From: Fidelibacterota bacterium
GTDB taxonomy: Bacteria; Fidelibacterota; UBA8477; JABMPR01
Reading direction: 5' to 3'
Assembly: GCA_013202495.1 (NCBI GenBank)
Contig: JABMQQ010000174.1
Location: 3,142 to 67,141 of the forward strand
DNA length: 64,000 bases
In this document: in pieces, positions 61,332 to 64,000 of the stretch
Position numbering within the stretch: the stretch's first letter is position 1
How the letters are laid out: each line of letters opens with the position of its first letter
Position numbers and translations under genes: made by a program
The notes under the pieces: generated by a model
The model's database searches: none
What the model was told of the DNA's origin: nothing
The model's input: the letters and a program-made list of their open reading frames with translations, nothing else

Positions 61332-61838
61332 ATGGAACTCTGTCAAACATGCCCCAAGAAAGCTTCCAAAAACTGTCACCAGATTTGCCCAAAGATTCAA
61401 GGTTACCTCAAAGGTGTTCGAAACTACAAAACTACTTATGTAAATAAAGAAGTTGGTCTCAATGTAGTTCATACCAATCAGGTTCATGAAAGTCTCGCTG
61501 AGTATGGTGATACCAGTGGATCTTTCACCGAGAAGTTTGGTCACTTACTCCCCACAATTGAAAGAATCGTTCTTGATCATGGTACTGATCGCCAGAAGGA
61601 AGTCTACTCATTAATGATTCATGAGAAGATGTCCTTTCACTACATCGCAGAACAACTCCACATGAAAGTTCAGTCAGTCCACGAGGTGATCTACGGCCAC
61701 CGTGGTCAAGGAGGTCTGGTCAGGAAAATCCGCAAGCATCTGGCAAAACTACCTGATACCGATTGTTTTAGTAAAATCAGTTTTTTTAACGGTCTCACTC
61801 CATTGGTGAGTGAGCAAACAAAAAGGAGATCATTATGA
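61332..61838 (+). CDS. Cys-rich N-terminus + sigma70 region-4-like HTH protein
   Basis: CQTC...CHQIC; TDRQKEVYSL...MSFHYIAEQLHMKVQSV. Confidence 0.65.
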   Translation: MELCQTCPKKASKNCHQICPKIQGYLKGVRNYKTTYVNKEVGLNVVHTNQVHESLAEYGDTSGSFTEKFGHLLPTIERIVLDHGTDRQKEVYSLMIHEKMSFHYIAEQLHMKVQSVHEVIYGHRGQGGLVRKIRKHLAKLPDTDCFSKISFFNGLTPLVSEQTKRRSL

Positions 61839-62266
61839 ATGATCAACTGAACACAAACGCTGGTAGCAATCAAGCTACTGGAAACGATGACGCAAGTCAT
61901 GAAGGAGTTAGCATGGAAACACAGACCCCCAAAACCCGTGGTCCTTACGATGGCAGTTATGCTCATGGCGTCACTGCAGATTCTGAGCACGTTCAAACGA
62001 TCACCGCATATAAGAATGCGGAAGATCGTCTCAACAAACGCCGTCTGTATCTCATCGGACAGTATGAAGAGATTCGTACTTCCTATGATGCAACAGCTGA
62101 TGTTGGCGAACGTGCAAAGCTTCTCAAAAGGAAGTCCACCATGGAGTCCCAAATCAAAGCAGTTAACAAGATTCGTGAGACTCTTTCCTCTATTGAGGGA
62201 GAGATCGAAGCAACTGAGCGCGCGGCTCAGGCTTCGGTCGAGTTCATGGATTTTGATGCTGCTTAG
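61835..62266 (+). CDS. Coiled-coil hypothetical protein
   Basis: AGGAG RBS; ATGA overlap; heptad-like C-terminus. Confidence 0.7.
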   Translation: MNDQLNTNAGSNQATGNDDASHEGVSMETQTPKTRGPYDGSYAHGVTADSEHVQTITAYKNAEDRLNKRRLYLIGQYEEIRTSYDATADVGERAKLLKRKSTMESQIKAVNKIRETLSSIEGEIEATERAAQASVEFMDFDAA

Positions 62267-62278
62267 GTAAACCAACCT

Positions 62279-62306
62279 GGGGCATCTCTTCGGAGGTGCC
62301 CCTTTT
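62279..62306 (+). terminator. Rho-independent terminator
   Basis: GGGGCATCTC-TTCG-GAGGTGCCCC-TTTT. Confidence 0.8.
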
Positions 62307-62346
62307 CTGGAATAAGAATGATAACAATAACAATGAGGACATTATT

Positions 62347-62703
62347 ATGAATTTCAACAAACCCACACTTTCAGATTTGACTCTCTTTGATCATGAAGAG
62401 GAAGGATTTAGTGTTGATCAAGTTATCGATTTATTCCCTAATACTATCTCAACCCATTTTGAAGTCACTTGTCAAAAAGAAGCAAACCTGCTCTATGGCT
62501 TAATTACTTATGATCCTTTCCTGGTGCCTGAACATGTTCTGAATCCTTTGTCGGATTTCCGCCCCCGGAGTGGAAAGTCAATTTCAGCCAGTGTGCTGGC
62601 TGATGAAGATGTACCGTTAGAGAGCACGCCTGACTACTTCTTATTTCATTTTCCAGAACAAACAGCAGAACTCTTACTATCTCAATTAACCTCAAAAAAA
62701 TAA
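62347..62703 (+). CDS. Hypothetical protein
   Basis: GAGG RBS before MNFNK. Confidence 0.6.
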   Translation: MNFNKPTLSDLTLFDHEEEGFSVDQVIDLFPNTISTHFEVTCQKEANLLYGLITYDPFLVPEHVLNPLSDFRPRSGKSISASVLADEDVPLESTPDYFLFHFPEQTAELLLSQLTSKK

Positions 62704-62728
62704 TCCAACAAAGAATAGGATATTAATC

Positions 62729-62920
62729 ATGGAACAGATGTACAGCCTAAAAACAGCAGCCAGTCTGCTGGATGTATCCGTGAAAACGGTACGTCGGCTG
62801 TTACATCGCCATAGCATTCCGACCTACACAGTAGGGACAAGAATCAGGATCAAGAAATCAGATTTAGATAAAATCATCATCAAAAACCTGTCAATAACTG
62901 ACATCCAATTACCAGTATAA
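62729..62920 (+). CDS. Excisionase-like HTH_17 protein
   Basis: YSLKTAASLLDVSVKTVRRL...IP...VGTRIRIKKSDL; directly upstream of the integrase. Confidence 0.88.
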   Translation: MEQMYSLKTAASLLDVSVKTVRRLLHRHSIPTYTVGTRIRIKKSDLDKIIIKNLSITDIQLPV

Positions 62921-62930
62921 AGGAGGTAAT

Positions 62931-63953
62931 ATGACGAAGATAATTCCCATCCAAACCTCCCGAGGTTCAGGATATCGAATTGATTATACAGATTCAAATG
63001 GGCGCCGTCGCAGAATCAAAGTGTACACCGATAGAGAAACTGCCAAAAGGATGGCTGCTGAAGTCGATTTCAAGAAGACAAGGATTAAAGCAGGTTTAGA
63101 AACTCGACCGATAGAAAACATCACATTGAAGCAAGCAATAGATTATGTGAAAGAACACTCACACAACAAGCCAAAGACAATTGAACGTGAACTCATTGTA
63201 CTCAATTCACTTCTATTCTTCCTAGGTGGAACGAGAGTTCGTCATATATCAACGCGGGATTTGTCCAATTACCTCGACTATAGGTTAAAGGATTGCAAAC
63301 TAAGTCCACAAACAGTTGGTTTAGAGTTCCGAACTCTCCGAGCATTCTTCAATGTGCTTATTACACACCAATTTATTGAAAGGAATCCGATTAAGGGACT
63401 TAACCCACCGCCAAAACCACCTATATCCATTAGGTTTCTAACGGTTGACGAAATTAACAAACTATTAACCACGATTCAGGATGCAGGTGATCAAGATTAT
63501 CTAGATCTGGTACAGATTTACTTGCATACAGGAACTCGTCGAGAAGAGATTCTTGCGGATAGATTCACCTGGAACAATGTAGACTTTGTTGGAAAGAGGC
63601 TTAAGATTGTTGGTAAAAAAGACAAGGTAAGATTCGTCCCTATGGATGACATTGTGTTTGAAATCCTAAAAAGACGATCAGAAATGAAGAACCTCCCCGT
63701 CCCATTCCCGCTGACCTACTCATACACCCTGAAGAAGGTTAAAAAGTATTATGAGAAAGCCAAGATCAAGAATGCTAACATACACACCTTCCGCCGTACT
63801 TTTGGATCTTTACTTGTGCAACAAGGAGTGAGCATCTTTACCGTGTCCAAACTACTTGGTCACAGTTCAGTAACTGTAACGGAGACGCACTATGCACATC
63901 TTGTGGATGCAACGTTACGCGATGGAGTGAAAGTTCTTGATTCGATACTGTGA
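62931..63953 (+). CDS. Phage-type tyrosine integrase
   Basis: N-terminal arm-binding-like region; TGTRREE, GKKDK, HTFRR, LGHSS, HY. Confidence 0.93.
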   Translation: MTKIIPIQTSRGSGYRIDYTDSNGRRRRIKVYTDRETAKRMAAEVDFKKTRIKAGLETRPIENITLKQAIDYVKEHSHNKPKTIERELIVLNSLLFFLGGTRVRHISTRDLSNYLDYRLKDCKLSPQTVGLEFRTLRAFFNVLITHQFIERNPIKGLNPPPKPPISIRFLTVDEINKLLTTIQDAGDQDYLDLVQIYLHTGTRREEILADRFTWNNVDFVGKRLKIVGKKDKVRFVPMDDIVFEILKRRSEMKNLPVPFPLTYSYTLKKVKKYYEKAKIKNANIHTFRRTFGSLLVQQGVSIFTVSKLLGHSSVTVTETHYAHLVDATLRDGVKVLDSIL

Positions 63954-64000
63954 TCTAACACCTTCCCCTGCAATAGAAAACGCCCGCATGTTGTGGGCGT

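Larger units (their letters stand above)
48575..64000. mobile_element. Core of an integrative satellite-like element (left boundary uncertain; may extend far left as cargo)
   Basis: Primase-helicase + iterons, DUF932-like/nuclease/RadC/recombinase, xis-int at the right end. Confidence 0.75.

Noticed and set aside
61706-62275. Alternative-frame ORFs (189 aa minus, 127 aa plus)
   Set aside because: They overlap the better-supported 61835..62266 gene, which has an RBS and translational coupling

Overview
AT-rich bacterial window, probably FCB superphylum (Marinimicrobia-like; inferred from five secreted proteins ending in a 'YPNPFNP' FlgD-Ig/T9SS-type tail). 1-14 kb: large secreted/surface proteins. 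15.7-18.6 kb: lipoprotein gene cassettes with integron attC sites and no intI. 18.8-29.4 kb: modules bounded by three dif-like sites (two-component pair, TPR-Fis regulator, HNH/GIY-YIG nucleases, frameshifted Ski2-like helicase-nuclease). 29.4-34 kb: probable defence cluster (DEDD-BRCT, PRTase, NADAR, HEPN, Panacea-like-DUF488). 34-48 kb: mixed cargo. 48.5-64 kb: core of an integrative satellite-like element (primase-helicase, iteron origin, DUF932-like/PD-(D/E)XK/RadC/recombinase, Xis, integrase) with no capsid or conjugation genes visible. Top candidate for an undescribed system: a ~450-nt highly structured non-coding region with its own -10 box directly upstream of a PcfJ-domain gene. A second candidate is a pair of TPR + tandem Fis-HTH regulators, one followed by a hairpin antisense to its operon's ribosome-binding site. 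All domain calls come from motif recognition by eye; no searches were run.
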